DNA of 64,000 nt, from positions 372,001 through 436,000 of the forward strand of contig JAQGDQ010002367.1 of the NCBI GenBank assembly GCA_030141605.1, given 5' to 3'. This DNA is from Tubiluchus corallicola. Taxonomy: Eukaryota; Animalia; Priapulida. Position numbers and translations under genes: made by a program. The notes beneath the pieces were generated by a model, which had not been told where the DNA came from, did not search any database, and worked only from the letters and a program-made list of their open reading frames with translations. Positions 13,101 through 27,482 of this stretch are shown one piece after another (positions within the stretch are counted from its first letter, which is position 1; each line of letters begins with the position of its first letter).

Positions 13101-16100
13101 TTGCTCCATGTCATTCATCCAGTATTTACTACTGGAACTAATTTGAAAATTGGTCATTTATAACTCTTGAGCCATGGGTCCTAAGTGTCCTTAAGTTCTG
13201 AAGTATCAGCACATTATTGGCTCCCAAGAGCAAGACAGTTTGACATCTGTCCAATGCTCAGAACAAAGGCCAGAGAAGTTTGGTGCTAAAATTTATTACT
13301 GAAAAGTTTAAAATACCCATTGGTTTTCTCCAAATATTCAAAGTTGACCTCACTTAACAGTAAATTTACAAACTGTAAAAAGTTTCATGCAAACGCTTAA
13401 TACTTGCAATCATTTTAGTTAGGTGATTGTTGTTTAATTCATATGTCTGTAATTATTATATATATATATATATTGTTTTAAATCCAATCTGGGAAACTAA
13501 CAATCAATTTTCATTGAGAATTCAGTGAATTCAATTCGCAGTTAATTCAATCGTATGCTTATAGTAAGCAAGCATAGTATATGATCACGTAAACCACAAT
13601 GTGCTAAATGATGACTTGCAGATTAAGAGCTAATGCTCATGCTGATGCTGATGCTGTCGTTGGGTTCCTTCAATTGCGATACTTTTGAAAAACACACAGA
13701 TCTTTTCTATAAAAATGAGAAACACTGTACATCGTTGTTTTTTAGTCAGCAGTAGATTAAGACTGAGAATATCCATTTTTTCTAAGTCTATAATAATGAA
13801 CTATCAATAAAGGCTGGCTGAATGTCTTTATGTGATTAACAGACGTTTCGCTCCACTTTGAGCGTTGCCAATGTTGTAAAAATTTGTATTGCTAAAAGTA
13901 AACATGCAACATTGTAACAACAAATAGTTCTACGAATCTACACTATGTGTAACAGAGTAGGCCTATGCCAAATTAACATTACGCTGTAACTTATACAATT
14001 CATTCTGTTTTATTCCATCTAGCAAAGCTTCATTTAGCATTGCCAGAGATTCGCGAGCCTATTCAATTCATTTTATTTCTGTCAATGCCAGCTTCTTACG
14101 TGATTGAAATTTTGAAATCTACATCAAACAAGTGCTCTAAATAACCACGTTCTTATAATTGTTGTTTGACTTGTCGATGTTTGACATTTAACATTAAACA
14201 GCGTTTGTGGTACTCAACGGGTTGATTTTTCGAAAAAGAAAAGTGCTTTAATAATTTAGTTTCAACTGCACACGGCAAACAAGCAGGTACTTAAGTTTTT
14301 TTACAAGCATCGGCACTGTGAAAGCACGACTGAGTGTTCAACGTGACAGGCTATACATAATGTAGACCTAGATAGCGGTGGCTGGATCAGACACTAGCTC
14401 ACGGTCTAGAAAAATCACATGACAACTGCAAGGTGAGCTGACAGAGCTTCTGATGCGTTTATATGATATATATTTTAATTAGCATTACAGCAAGTAAAAC
14501 CGCACAGAAACAGTTATCATGTCAGTTACGCGTCCAATTTCTAACTTTGCACAAAGTTGCTTAAGTTGGGATGCTCAGCTATTCTTGCTGCAATCACAGT
14601 GCATTCCAACTTTACGCTTGATAAAATCTTGGAGTTGGAATTCGCAGGTGAAGAAACAATTAGTTTGGGAGTAAACAGATTGTAATAGAAATTCACTTGT
14701 TTAAATGGAGGCACTAAATGTACCAAATCTTAATAATTTACATGTTAAAATCCACATCTTCATCAGTCGTCTGGATCTCAAAAGAGATAGGTTGATAGAT
14801 CCCAACTGCTGTTAGGTTGGTCAGCTATCAGATTAGTTAGACATTTCAGAATGGCTAATTATTTTCTCGACGTTTTGTTTAGTAATTTGAACTTTAGGAT
14901 GCCTTTGGCTAGCCCTTCTTTCCGTTAGGTCCCGCCGTTGAATATTCCGCATAGACTCAAGTTGTACCAAACTATATAGAATAATACAGGTGGTAAGCTT
15001 GAGTGAATACAAAACTGCATATTTGGGTCATTACTTTTATGTAACTTGTATTACTTAGCGAATCAACATTATAAGGTATAGGCGCACTTTGGTGTTGTAA
15101 TGACGGCCGCCAAAAAGAAGACAGAAAGACAAAAACAAGATTTATTTACCGTCGCTCACTTAACAGACAATATTAGCACTACACTATTTAGCAGCAATAC
15201 GGGTAAGGACACAGCACACAAATAACGAATAACATGTAAGGTATATGCCTTGGCGTTGGCAGTCGCTAGTATCGGACTCGAGACTGCCAATACTGGATTC
15301 CTGTAATCTTGTACTCCATAACCAGTGGTGACGACGCAAAAATGCGAATTGAATGCAGAAATTTATAAGTAGAAACTGCCAGACTTCAATCACGTGTTCC
15401 TCATGCTGGTTGCGATTACGGGGTATGTGCTGAGCAGGAAAATACACCAATCCATTCACAAACTGTATTGGCGAGGCCATTCCATATCAGCAGTTTCATA
15501 CGTGGTATGCAATGAGCATATGCAAAGGCTTCCTTTCGAAGCAATCCATTGCAATATGGAAGGGTGTACCTGAAATTATACTGAAAATCTTGAATTGCTT
15601 AAAATTAAAGTAAATTGGCAACTCATCACGTTCCTCTATCTTTCACGTTCAGGCAAAAACAATTTTTCAGCTTCTAGAGTTGAACGCAACAGCTACCTGT
15701 TCAGTTTGTCAAGCTTGAGAACTACAAACTTCAACACACCAACTTTAAAATATTAAAGATAGAAGCAACTGCGTTATGTTTGCTTAACAGAGCCACAAGG
15801 AAATCCTCAATATTTTCACTCTGAAGCCACGTTTTAGAACAAATCTACAAAAACGTTTTCACATGAAGCCACTTTGTACGCTTTCTGGTTTACGTTCCTT
15901 CATTCTAAATTTCTAATCTAATTTGAAGGCAATGAGACCTTCTAAACATTTGAAGGACTCCTGGATATTGACATATTATTTCCACGGAAAACGTTTCAAA
16001 CAAATAATTAATACTTGCCTGTAAATAATTGATTAAATGAAGTCTATAGCAGCTGCAAGTTGCTTTTTATTGTTCCTTGTAATTAGTTTGGCCAGCTAGA

Positions 16101-16558
16101 CAAGCAAAAGGGTCAGCTACAAAATTGACAAACGATTTATCATAAAGTTGCATCTCAAATCAGAGCGAGGTAAAATTAAGCAGTACGGGATCTGCAAAGT
16201 TCTCGGCTTGGTGAGAAACTCTGTCACATTCTGCAAACAGTGACCATGGAAAAAAGTAAAAAGATTTGCAAATTATGGAAAATGGTTTTACATCATTTGT
16301 TATACAATTTGTAAATATGTATAACAAATATTTTGTGCAATATAAGCAAAAAAAATCTTTTTAGCACATAACTCCATGGATACTGGGGTATGTCTTATTA
16401 AAAAGTAAAATTTATTGTCTTTATTTACGATAGCATTTTTACAACTGAACATCAAAAATAGATTTAGAAGTAAGTCCAGTAAAACTCTAAGCAGAATATC
16501 TATAAGTTAAAAAAAGCACGAAAGCAGTACTAAATTAGAAACTCTGTAAACCTTTGTA

Positions 16559-16630
16559 CAGCCACTGAGACTTGAACCCAAGACCTTCTGCTTTTGGGTA
16601 ACTATGCTAACCATTACACCACAGAGGTAC
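16559..16630 (-). pseudogene. tRNA-like sequence (tRNA-derived SINE head or tRNA pseudogene)
   Basis: Minus strand shows A-box TGGTGTAATGG and B-box GGTTCAAGTC at tRNA spacing, but acceptor and anticodon stems pair poorly. Confidence 0.6.
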
Positions 16631-18129
16631 TTGACCTACGATAAACAATTAAAGGCGTAGCAACAGGTAGTCATATATGACCTTTACTTGAAAACGGCAC
16701 AGGTTGAATACGGCTACTGTCGTACTGAACGATTAATTAATAACAAAAGCGGCGTTCGTGCAAGGCTAGCTGCTCTTGCGGTGGCCGACATTACTGCTGA
16801 GCTGTTACACACATGTACCAACCATCAGACGAGCAGCAGACAATAACGCAGAATACTTTCACGTTATGTCCACACTGTCATAAGTAATTCGGCAGTGACG
16901 ATACAGCAGTTTCACTTTTTTGCTAATTTTCATCCGCAAGCAGTGTCGATCTAAGAGAATCCATATGGTGACTTTTTGTCATTGTTCATGTATGGCATTC
17001 ATTTATCTTAGACAGCTACTTTCAATTCATGTTAAATCGCCAACGCAGAGGGCTAAAGTCACGAAACTTGCAAAATAGACACCTGGTGTACTGGCCTCGA
17101 CATTATGCCATACCATATTGGAAACTTTGGATGTGGCAAGGGCTGTCAACTTGGCCTAACGCCAGAAGCTTTAAATCTTTATTATGTTACTTGATGATTA
17201 ACGAAAATAAATCAGCAATGGTACAAGGAGAAAGAAAACCAGGGATTATTGCCGAAGAAAAATAACAAATACTTATTTAGTAGTCGTCATCAAAAACTTT
17301 ATTGTCGATTGACAACATGCTAATTCGTCGTTAACATAAAGACGTACAACACTGAGAATTGATCATTACCTATATGTGCACCTATAACTGAAGCTAATTT
17401 CCATAATTTCCAAAACAAATGCGGGACAGCAGGCGGTTCTTCTAAACAACTGGTGAAATTCTGTTCCGTCTAAAGCTTTCCTTTTGTCGATTTTTGAGAA
17501 TCAATCTAGAAATGAATCACTCATTTACTGGACTTCTTACTAATGAAAATCTGGTAATCCGTGTGGCTACAAATTCATTTTGTTTAGACAGAAATCTGAA
17601 ACTGAACAGAATGGAGGTAAATTGCTTTCAGCCAGATAAGCCGCAGACTCCTCGATGGCTTTGCAGCTGCAATTCCATGTTTCCTGCGCTTGATTTAATT
17701 GTCTATTTGTAATGGAGTGGAGCCGGCTAATCATTAGCATGTAGTTGTGATGGGCTTCAGCAAGAAAAAAAAGAAAATCGAAACAAGTGAAGCCAGAGCA
17801 GCAACACAGAAAATTTTCCATGATGTGCAGACAGCATTATCTTCAGAAAATGGCAAGTGCAGAGAAAATTGAAGTCCTGAAAGAAATGGAATGATTCTGT
17901 TGTCTTGCAGCAAAAACGTTATTGGCGTGTTTACTTAAGTTTATCAGCTGTATAATTGCTTGTATTTGCATCAGACTCGGTTTCAGTTAAAATTATCTTT
18001 TCAAACTGAAACATTCAGCGCCAAGACAATTCCGACAATTTTCCTGTCCTGCTGTTTGAAATAGACATGTTTGAAGTATCAGGTCCCTTCTATATAAGTC
18101 TGCCTTGTTTCGTTACTGAAATTCTATCC

Positions 18130-18900
18130 AACGAATCAGTTTTCCCAACGCAGGCAGGCTTTAATCTGTCATTTGATAACAACTTTCCGTAGTGGAGGTA
18201 GAATGGTTCCTCGTTTTGCAAATACATATTTGCTTGTATCTAATCGTTTTGACACCAATGTGGCCTTTGTGCTATGAGAAAAAGTCCTCGTAAGAGTCAT
18301 CTTTCGTGTGGATTCCTTCAGAAATATTCTTGGCTTTGTGACTATCACCTTCGCTGACAAGATTGTCAGTTTTGCAGATGAGTACTGCAAAGTCGTCTTT
18401 GGGAATTGTTCAACTATACTATATCTGCGTGTATCGAAGTGTTGAGCTGGTGAAGCTAATTTCCCTGCCGACTAAAGTGTGACAATGCACTTTTTCGGTT
18501 TGACATGTCATGCATGTTTTTGCCCATAGTGCAGTGTATTTCTTAAGGCCATCCCATACAAAAGTTGATGTATTTACTGTCCTTGTGGTACGAATCGATG
18601 GATGAGACAATTTATGTATCGTGTCAAAATGCCACGTTACCATTTCTGCAGTACGGATGCATTCTACCAAAGGATCGCTTTGCCTGAGTTGGCGATTGGA
18701 ACGTTTTTAAAAGTAAAAATAAAGACAAAGACAGCGTGGTAAGCTTGTACATTTTTATCTTCCCATTGTAAATAGGCCATAGCTTCACAACCGAGACTTG
18801 GTAACACAGCACTGATTATTACTGCACGTGATAGGGTGTCAGCTACAACGTTATGTTACCCATCGATATGCTGGGTGCTTGTTGAAAATTCTGAAATGCA
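18130..18900 (-). mobile_element. Decayed Ty3/Gypsy LTR-retrotransposon pol relic (RNase H end, integrase zinc finger, integrase C-terminus)
   Basis: Broken frames read ISEFSTSTQHIDG*HNVVADTLSR, FDTIHKLSHPSIRTT..FVWDGLKK..WAKTCMTCQTEKVHCHT (HHCC) and DRLKPA; stops and frameshifts present; no LTRs seen. Confidence 0.8.
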
Positions 18901-19239
18901 GGTTGTTTTGAACTGTCCATAGATCACAAATTCTTGAAAAATAATTTGCATATCGATTGCAATGACAACGGTGTAGTTAACATGCTTTAGCGTGCAGTAA
19001 TAAGCAATGATGCGTTACCAAGTGTGGGTTTTGAAACCAGCTGTTGCCCATTGTTTCTACATACGCTGTACCATATTATTAAATGACAACTTACGTTGAG
19101 TGCTTGATACATTCAATAATTCAAAAACCTAACAATGGGACCACAACCATGTACATTTTAGTGTGGTAGTACAGCTTTCAATACATTATTGAATTACTGA
19201 TTTTTGAATTATTGATTATATACATATATACATATTTTT

Positions 19240-19410
19240 CGCAAACTTTACACTCCTAGAAAACGGGAACGTGCCAGGGGCAGTGCTTGAGGAGGTCGGA
19301 TAGCCCGTTCGATGTTGGGTGACATAAGAATATTTAGAACTCGCGGCAGCGCCCCGGCTTCCCGGAACGGGTGTTTTCCCGGACCCAACTACCTGATAGT
19401 TGGGTCCAGA
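19240..19410 (+). repeat. Short copy of a GC-rich dispersed repeat also present at about 28085-28255
   Basis: Shared collinear blocks AACGGGAACG, GATAGCC, ATATTTAGAAyTCGCG and AACGGGyGTTTTCCCGGACCCAACT. Confidence 0.7.
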
Positions 19411-22400
19411 TTATTAACCTGGCTGATAAACTTGTATCTCTTAATAATTAATAGTCAAATTACGTTACCATCATTACGGGCGCTGTAGGCAAAGACTTTG
19501 TAGAATGTGTAGAACGTTTAAGCATTACTGATTATTGGTGGATGTTCTTAATAGCGGTTGTTTTGTTGTCATTATCGTTGTCATCATCGCTGTCGATATG
19601 GGGTGGTGCGGTATGGGTTGTGATTATGATCATTGTAGGTTTTTGTGGGATTTGGCTAGTACAATAATATTAATATATCAGCTACTGTAGGAAATGATGT
19701 TACGATTCTGAAAATGGAAGAAAATCACTTCACAATTAAAAACACGAGCGAGCTTCTAATTATAAAAACAAATGTTTGTAATACAGGTTAAAATACGTTA
19801 TTTTAATTTATAATATTTTGAATAATCAAAGTTGTACAGCGTACAGGATATGTTATTGAATGGGTATGTATCGGTGCGATGTCATATGGTGCTATGTCAT
19901 ACTAACTATACATGTTATTCTTATCCTAAATGTTGTGCCAATGGCGTCTTAAGCTCCAAAATGTGCCAAAAATAATCAACAAAATTACAGGATTAAAATC
20001 ACATTAATAAGTTCATGACTTTTACTGGACAACAAAGATTGGGTAACAAATATATTTTACATAATTTTACTTAATTTTACACACGCGTTTTCTTTATACA
20101 CGTAATAATATGTAAGACGCTACGGTTGTATTAGCGCCCATAAAATATAGTACGTCATTTGCATCTTCTGCTGCTGTTCTTCAGCATCCACGCTCACGTC
20201 AAGAAATTAATTATGATTATTGAAGACTTCAAATCGAAATCAGAAAAAATCTGGCGACAACAGTTCTGTAACGCAAGTAATCAATCTCGCCCGAGAATTC
20301 TTTTCCGAAAAGAATAATCGTTCATTAATTACATGATGCCTTTCACGAAACACTAATCATCTACTGTTGCATAATTTAGCATTCATTAACGTGTTCGTCT
20401 AAATTATCCCTCAGCCTGCGGGTCTCATCGTTATGATATTAAAACTCTTGCAGGGCGGACAGCTATAACTTTTGGGGTGCTCTGAAGATGGCGTTTCGTT
20501 AAGTTGATATTTGTCTTAAGCAGCGGGCTACTCCATTAATGTATGTAGTTATCTGTGCTTAACAGCCCTGTTACAGGTGGAAAGTGCACTATACTTTATC
20601 TCACAGTGTAAAACCCCTGTATAGAAACAATGGAACTGATGGAAGAGAGCTGATGAAGAAATTCCATTAGAGCTTCATAAAGTCGCCAGTGACATTTCGC
20701 AAGCAAAGAGTATAAGAGATCTGTTTCTACGCAATGAAAAACGCTTGCAGCATCCTGATCCTGCTGTTGAGAAGCCATGCAGATCTTGTACTGATATGAG
20801 CTGGCTTCAGTAATACGCACCATTCTAGCTCATGTACGGCAAAAACGATTCTCTTGTGGCACCAAGTCAATGTAGAACTCATAAATCTCTGCACGGCATG
20901 AGTTTTACATAATACATACAGCTAATGCCATTATGGCTGAAATAAAACTTAAATAATATGGTTTGCCAACTTTGCCATCATTGGTAAATAATGTAGTGTC
21001 GAGGAAGTGTCAAGCAAAACGAAGAAATGAAGTTAACAGAAATAACAAATTTTACTTAAAACATAAAAACTTAAACTGGCTATTAAATCTGGATTACAAG
21101 TATAGTTTTATCTACAGAAGTAAATAATTCAATTGGTTCCATTCTGCGTTAGAACGTGTTCAGCGTGTACAACAAGCTTTATGAACACCTAAATAAATAT
21201 TCGGAAAATTTGAGTGAGCGGTTACAGCTAGCAATTCATTGTTATTCATCATTATTTGTGGATCTCTACAGGAAGTACCGTGAATCCGTGCTTGTGCAAT
21301 TTGTTTACTATTAGGGTTATAAAAAGTGTAAAAAGTAAGCGTTGATAACCGATAAAAGACTACAATTATTCGTAATGTAAAATAACAAAAGAATATAATG
21401 AATGGCTTAATAATTTAGCAAACAGGCTATTTTTATAGCCATTCATAAATTATATTGCTTTGTGCAATTGTAGTATGTCTTTTTCCATAAAAGTCGTCAT
21501 GGATCACTAATACTCGCTGAAACACATTTAGTTTGGAAGCAATAATGTTTCATCACATTTTTTTAAGTTGAGTGTTTTTTAGCTTAAAACCGTAAAAACT
21601 TTTTCATGTTTAGTGTGATATTTGCAAAGAGTCAATGAAAATGTCAATATTAATCCTCACTAGGTCAAGGTATTTATCAACTTTGATATGCTGCCAGGAA
21701 AAATATATTCTTTCAAATTAAGAATACAGATTCGATTCGATTCAAGCAAGTGTCAAACAAGTAACTACCATGAAGGCGCTAAACTTTTTCTGCAGCCTTG
21801 TAGTAAAACAAACTGTTGCATATTAGTATTTGGTAGAAATTTCGTCTTTGCCACAGCATAAGGACACAAAATCTGAAACATGACGAATAAAATGCAGCGG
21901 AAACTAGAGTTCTGTGGCCTGATGATAACACTCTTTCGAATTATTGATCTAGAAGATTCGGATAGCATTCCGGCTGCGTAGTACATGCAAATAGGTGAAG
22001 CAAGCAACAACAAGTGGACTGGGGTGAACTAGTGCCGCCCCCAATATAGCGCCCTGTTGAATAAACGTAGCAAAACAAGTGTTTGAAATTTGGAAGTACT
22101 AGGAATGTTAAACGCTATTAAAATGAATACTAATTATTGGGATATGGTGTGGTTGAAAAAGATAGCACTGTGGATCACCCCACCATGCAGTATCAAATAT
22201 TCACGTTACGCTAATTAAATTGAAATTAATAGTTCTTATTTGAAATAACCAAGCGAGTGTTTTGAATTGTTCAAAGAAATACTGAATGATAAATGTAATC
22301 GAATGTTGCCTAATCCATATATGATTGCAAAAGTAGGGCCAAACATTTGTTTTACGTCGATTAAAAACATACAACTAAAACCTACAAGATATTATATCAC

Positions 22401-24642
22401 CGACGAATAAGTAAAATTATTCAGCTTCAGTTAAAAACTAAAAATACCTGTGCTGTACAATTAAAAGAGACTTAGGGCGTTTTTCTAAGAGATAGTTTTG
22501 CATAAGCACATTAGAAAACCTTCATCACGACATAATGTAAAATCTCAGTTTATAGTTTTCCAAAGATTTTGGTTTTTGAAAAGCACTAGCTTTGGAAGCA
22601 GTGTGTGACTTGTTCATGAAGCGATAAAACGAGTTAATTTTTAAAATTTAAGTCAGACATAAACATCTGTTAATACAACCACAGAAACCTCTTTAATCGC
22701 AGAAGAAATGAACAACGCGGTAATTTGTGGAAGTTGCTAATTGAGCATCACTTGTTTATTTATGTAAATGAAATCATAGATAACTATTGACGATGGTACT
22801 TTTTACTGCTACTGCGTAGCTTACGCAACTAAACTATAATTGATGCTACACAACTAAACAATGATAATTGATGCCAAGCAACTAAACTATGATAATTAAA
22901 AATAAGGAGATAGTTAATCACAAAACGCTACTCCCTTCACTAAGTTACATACAAATAATTACGCAGATTTCCCAACAAATGAGTGATTAATTCCAAATTC
23001 TGGGTGATTATTATTACGTAATTTGATGAAGAGAGAAATGGTTTCCCGAAATATCATTGTTGTTCATAAACCTTGTTCTGAATAACAATTTCTTAAGTTT
23101 TACTGAACGGTGATACTGAAGACATGCAGCACGTAAAATAGTTGCTATTATTGTTTTAAAGCTTTAAAAGCAAGGAACTCTAAGAACTTCACAAACTGGT
23201 TTAAAATAATCGAATTAGATTGATAGATTACCATCATTGTGGATCAACAAAGGTTACACGGGGGCTCAGCTAAAAATGACATAACGACGAGATCAGGTTT
23301 GATTTTTGTGCTCCTTAACTTGAATAATAAGCAAAATTTAATCCACGTGGTGATCCAAAATAACCATACACAATAGAGAAGTAATTAAGACTGAAGAACC
23401 TCTAAAGTACTAGACCGGCCTCATTAGCGTCATTTCAAATTCAAATAGTCGTCCACTTGCGACCACATTCGGTTTCGACCGACTGAACGAATCTTTGTGA
23501 ATTTGCTAGTTGTTCGTCGTTGCTATTCGTTTGCAACTTAAATACTATTGTTTTAACCGTATTAAAATGAACGTGCTTTTCTCGCAGAACAACTAACCAT
23601 ACAACGCCTGTAACGTGACTCAGCTTCATGGCTATGCAAGCAGTTTCATGCACATGCCAGCAAACATAACAAAAGCTATAGAGCGTGCATGAGGATGAGG
23701 GTACTTTGCAATGGCAAAAAATGACTGTTCATAATGCCACCAAAGGTAAAACAATTTTTTCCTACAAAATGGCCAAGAAAATGACTTCCTTCATTTTTCT
23801 TTTGAGGCGCATTCCCATTTTTGTATCTGCTAAAAATTGGAGATATAGCTCGAAAAAAACAAGGATTCAATGCTTACGTTACGCTGATTTATCATAACGC
23901 ACTAAAAATTACCCAAACTAAAAATTATGTACAGTGCATCTTCAAAACGGTTCTTACAGTAATAAAGTTACTATATAGAGAAATGTCATTTAACGGGATG
24001 CAATCTGAGTGTATGATTTGAATTCAATCAAGTTAACCCCAATCGAGCGAATCTCTCCCCTTTCTTTGTGTGGGCGTTGTAGTGCTCGTCGGGCCCTTCA
24101 TTCGTCTCAACAACTCCCTGAGTGAACTAATCCCACAAAACACCTGGTGGTAACAAGATGTTAACACTTTGTTGGCAAAACTGGGTCCCGGGAAGCTCAA
24201 TTCCAGTTCGTGTCTTATGAGTATTTTTTAAGTGAGATGACGTCAGAGTTGGCAGTTGGCATGAAAACAGAGGGAGTGCTTGAACTGTGCACCCAGAAAT
24301 TCAACGATTCAGCTCTCAGGATGTAGCAACATGTCGCACTATAGGGCATCTCGAATCGTGAGAGTAGCTACTTTGCACTCTGTTATGTGCGTTGTGTTGC
24401 CTTGGTAAAGATTTATACCCGTACGACTGTCACTTCTTTACCACAAAACATACCTTACTGTGGGTACTGAGACTGGTAGGTTTTATTTTTTTATGATTTG
24501 CCTTTATACAGAGCTAGGCATATCCCTTTTACAAAGTCCAAAATGAACCTCGAAATTGACTATGACTATTGTTCTCCAGTCCGCAAAGAACGAACTTTTG
24601 TAGGTTATCCACCAGGTAGAAAAAAATGCTACCAAAGTTCGT

Positions 24643-24930
24643 CATGGGCTGGCTCCGCACCTGAAGCTCATGGGCTGGCTCCTCACCTGAAGCTCATGGG
24701 CTGGCTCCGCACCTGAAGCTCATGGGCTAGCTCCTCACCTGAAGCTCATGGGCTGGCTCCTCACCTAAAGCTCATGGGCTAGCTCCGCACCTGAAGCTCA
24801 TGGGCTGGCTCCTCACCTGAAGCTCATGGGCTGGCTCCGCACCTGAAGCTCATGAGCTGGCTCCGCACCTGAAGCTCATGGGCTGGCTCCGCACCTGAAG
24901 CTCATGGGCTGGCTCTGCACCTGAAGCTCA
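24643..24930. repeat. Minisatellite, 11 copies of a 26-bp unit CATGGGCTGGCTCC(G/T)CACCTGAAGCT
   Basis: Units start every 26 bp from 24643 to 24903; no spacers between units. Confidence 0.95.
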
Positions 24931-26651
24931 AACCTATATCCAGCTACCGGCGTCTCTGGCTGCAAATGCGGTGTTTTGTGCTTAAGAATTCCTTTTCTGT
25001 TTCAGATTGGAATATGGATTGTGTCCTGTTAATCTACAATCTGCAGAAGAACCTCAAAGCACTTGAGTGACTCTTGGATATGAAAAACAGTGGTGAAAGA
25101 GGGGCCCTCTGAGTTCTCCAAGTTATTGGGATATACTAGTATCCAAATTGAGTGGATTAAAAGTGATGTGCTTAAGCATCTTTGGGAACTTATCACTCAA
25201 ACATTGTTGCATGATATGTGAAAATTACCCTAAGCAATTTCGCCAAAAACTGGACATGTATCTCTGTCCATGTAAAACCTTGAGATGCGTTTAATTGAAC
25301 ATCAATTAGTGGCTTTAAATTATGAACTAAAATCTTTATGTAATTGAGAACTCTCTTAGGACTTGCCATTTCGTAAAAGTCCATACAGTTGCTCCATTCG
25401 TAATTTCTTTTGAGCGGAAAGTAAAACAAGTAAAATAAAAGCAGGCTGTCAGTGTTAAACTTGAGGCAAATAAAGTGCGCAAAAAGATGCGTAAAATCAA
25501 CGACATGGCGGACCCATTACACATCATTATGCTTGATTGTTTATTTATGACCATACAGCTACAAATATTACAGCCGGCTTCTATACACGCAGATGTAGGA
25601 AAACACTGGCTAATAATTGATTGGCATAATTGGCAAATGTCAACGTATATCATTTACCTTGTTGGCAGATGCCTACATCTTTGCATTACTGTTTGCTACA
25701 AACTCACTAATGATTTACTTGATACACTCTCAGTGGAATCATAATATCAACTACCGAGTAGCCATGTAATACAACAGGCCTTGTAATGTAATTGGAATCA
25801 TGTAACTGACTACTAACTATTGTAATTCATTCTGCTGAACTGCTAATTGCGTTTCAAGTTTCCATTTGTTTGTATGCATTTAATCCTTGTAGAAACCGCC
25901 TAAGACAATAAAATACATCCTAATGTATTAGTAAAGTTCTTTCAGAATAAAAGATGACAAATGAGAATTAAAGAAAAGGAGGAGAATAAGAGCTTCTCAG
26001 AAGATAAGATTATTTTTGTGAAAACGGCCGCAACAGCATCAAACAAGAGAAAAACTTTAAAACGTACGCAATACTGAAAGCAAACACGCCATAATATTCT
26101 ATTTTGCCGCTTATGCTTTACTTATATACAGGATCGTTGGCAACAGCAAAGCAAATCATATTTTCCTACAGTATAAAACAACCAGTCATCTCATAGTTGT
26201 GGAAAAATGCTTACTTGTTTTTATTAACTAATTTATGTATCCTTTTGTTTAACCAAGTCAGCGTGTCACATATTTTCACGTACTTTTTAACTCAGCATTT
26301 TTATAAATACAATGGTCATCGATATAAAAAAAGCAAAGCGGATTTAGAAAATTGTGCGCCTTGCAGTAATTTTAGTTTAAACACCTTAGGTTGCTATGGT
26401 CGTCTAGGCTTTATGTTAAGACCGCAAACCTTGTTTTGTATTATTAATAAAAGAGAATAATTCAGATTCAAACTTACCACAAAGTTTTGCTTTCAAAGAT
26501 TCGACTCGCGTTCAAATTGGTCTGGTTTCTAACACTCACTTGAAATCGCGAAGGAAAATATCCAGATGAATTACTGGGTGTTATTAGCCAGTTTGCGGTA
26601 ACGTGCAATTTGCAGACGGCCGTCAGCTTCTTGCCGAGGCTGAAAATGCGC

Positions 26652-26663
26652 TGCGCATGCGCA
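26652..26663. promoter_or_regulatory. NRF1-type palindrome TGCGCATGCGCA in a CpG-richer patch
   Basis: Exact match to the NRF1 consensus; function not shown. Confidence 0.3.
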
Positions 26664-27329
26664 ACGAGTGCTCTAAAACAGCTAAAGTGAGGTTTGGTCG
26701 TCATTATTGCTCGCGAGAGTCGTAATACTTGTCAGCGGTGAAGCCATGAGGCGAAACCATACTGCTGTAGGGTGGAGCTGATAACAGAAACAGGAAGCCG
26801 CAATGCTTACTGCGAATGTTTCTCAGAATGTGACAACAATATTCAAATTAGTGCTCTGTGGATTCAGATGATAAAATTATTTTGCAATCATACTTGCACG
26901 ATGTTATCCCTAAACAAGTTAGAGTCATGTTTACTACTAAATATGTTTCCATCAGAGCATACTGGTAAAAATGTTTGACTGATCCTCTCATAATAGATTT
27001 TATTTTTAACAGCAGTAATTCTTTATACGTATCATTGCAAGCCTAGCCCAGCAGATAAGGCCTGGTAAAGGTTGATGTTTGTGGTGTGACAGCAATCTGG
27101 AATTAGGCGGAGACCGGTCTAGTCCTATAAGATGAACCACTAAACAGTCAGACGTATTTCGACAAGGTAACTAAACAAATTCAAAATAGCTAACAAAAAC
27201 GTATAGAATGAGTATTGAACATGAATACAAGCGATCAAATCCATTCACTGATCAGCTTCCTCTCGGCTTATCTTTCGAAGCGAAGCACTTTCTCTTGACC
27301 ACTGACTAACTCGTCTTACCAAGTTAAGG

Positions 27330-27482
27330 ATAAGGCTTGCTGTTCTCTTTTAATTTGTGAGTATATGCATAATATAGTTGATAAACGATACTTCAGAGTC
27401 GCAAAGTTGAAAATAAGACTTGCTGTTATCTTTTAATTGATGAATATATGCCCAATATGGTCCATAAACTATGCTTCAGAGT
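27330..27482. repeat. Diverged tandem duplication of about 70-83 bp
   Basis: ATAAGrCTTGCTGTTmTCTTTTAATT...CTTCAGAGT occurs twice in succession. Confidence 0.7.

Noticed and set aside
16559-16630. Functional tRNA gene
   Set aside because: Acceptor and anticodon stems do not pair; kept only as a SINE or pseudogene.
20640-20850. Possible pogo/Tigger transposase C-terminal relic on the plus strand
   Set aside because: Resemblance too weak; no catalytic motifs or TIRs seen.
24643-24930. Possible CRISPR array, or resemblance to immunoglobulin switch repeats (GGGCT/AGCT)
   Set aside because: Units are contiguous with no spacers, there are no cas genes and the DNA is eukaryotic; the pentamer resemblance has no supporting context.
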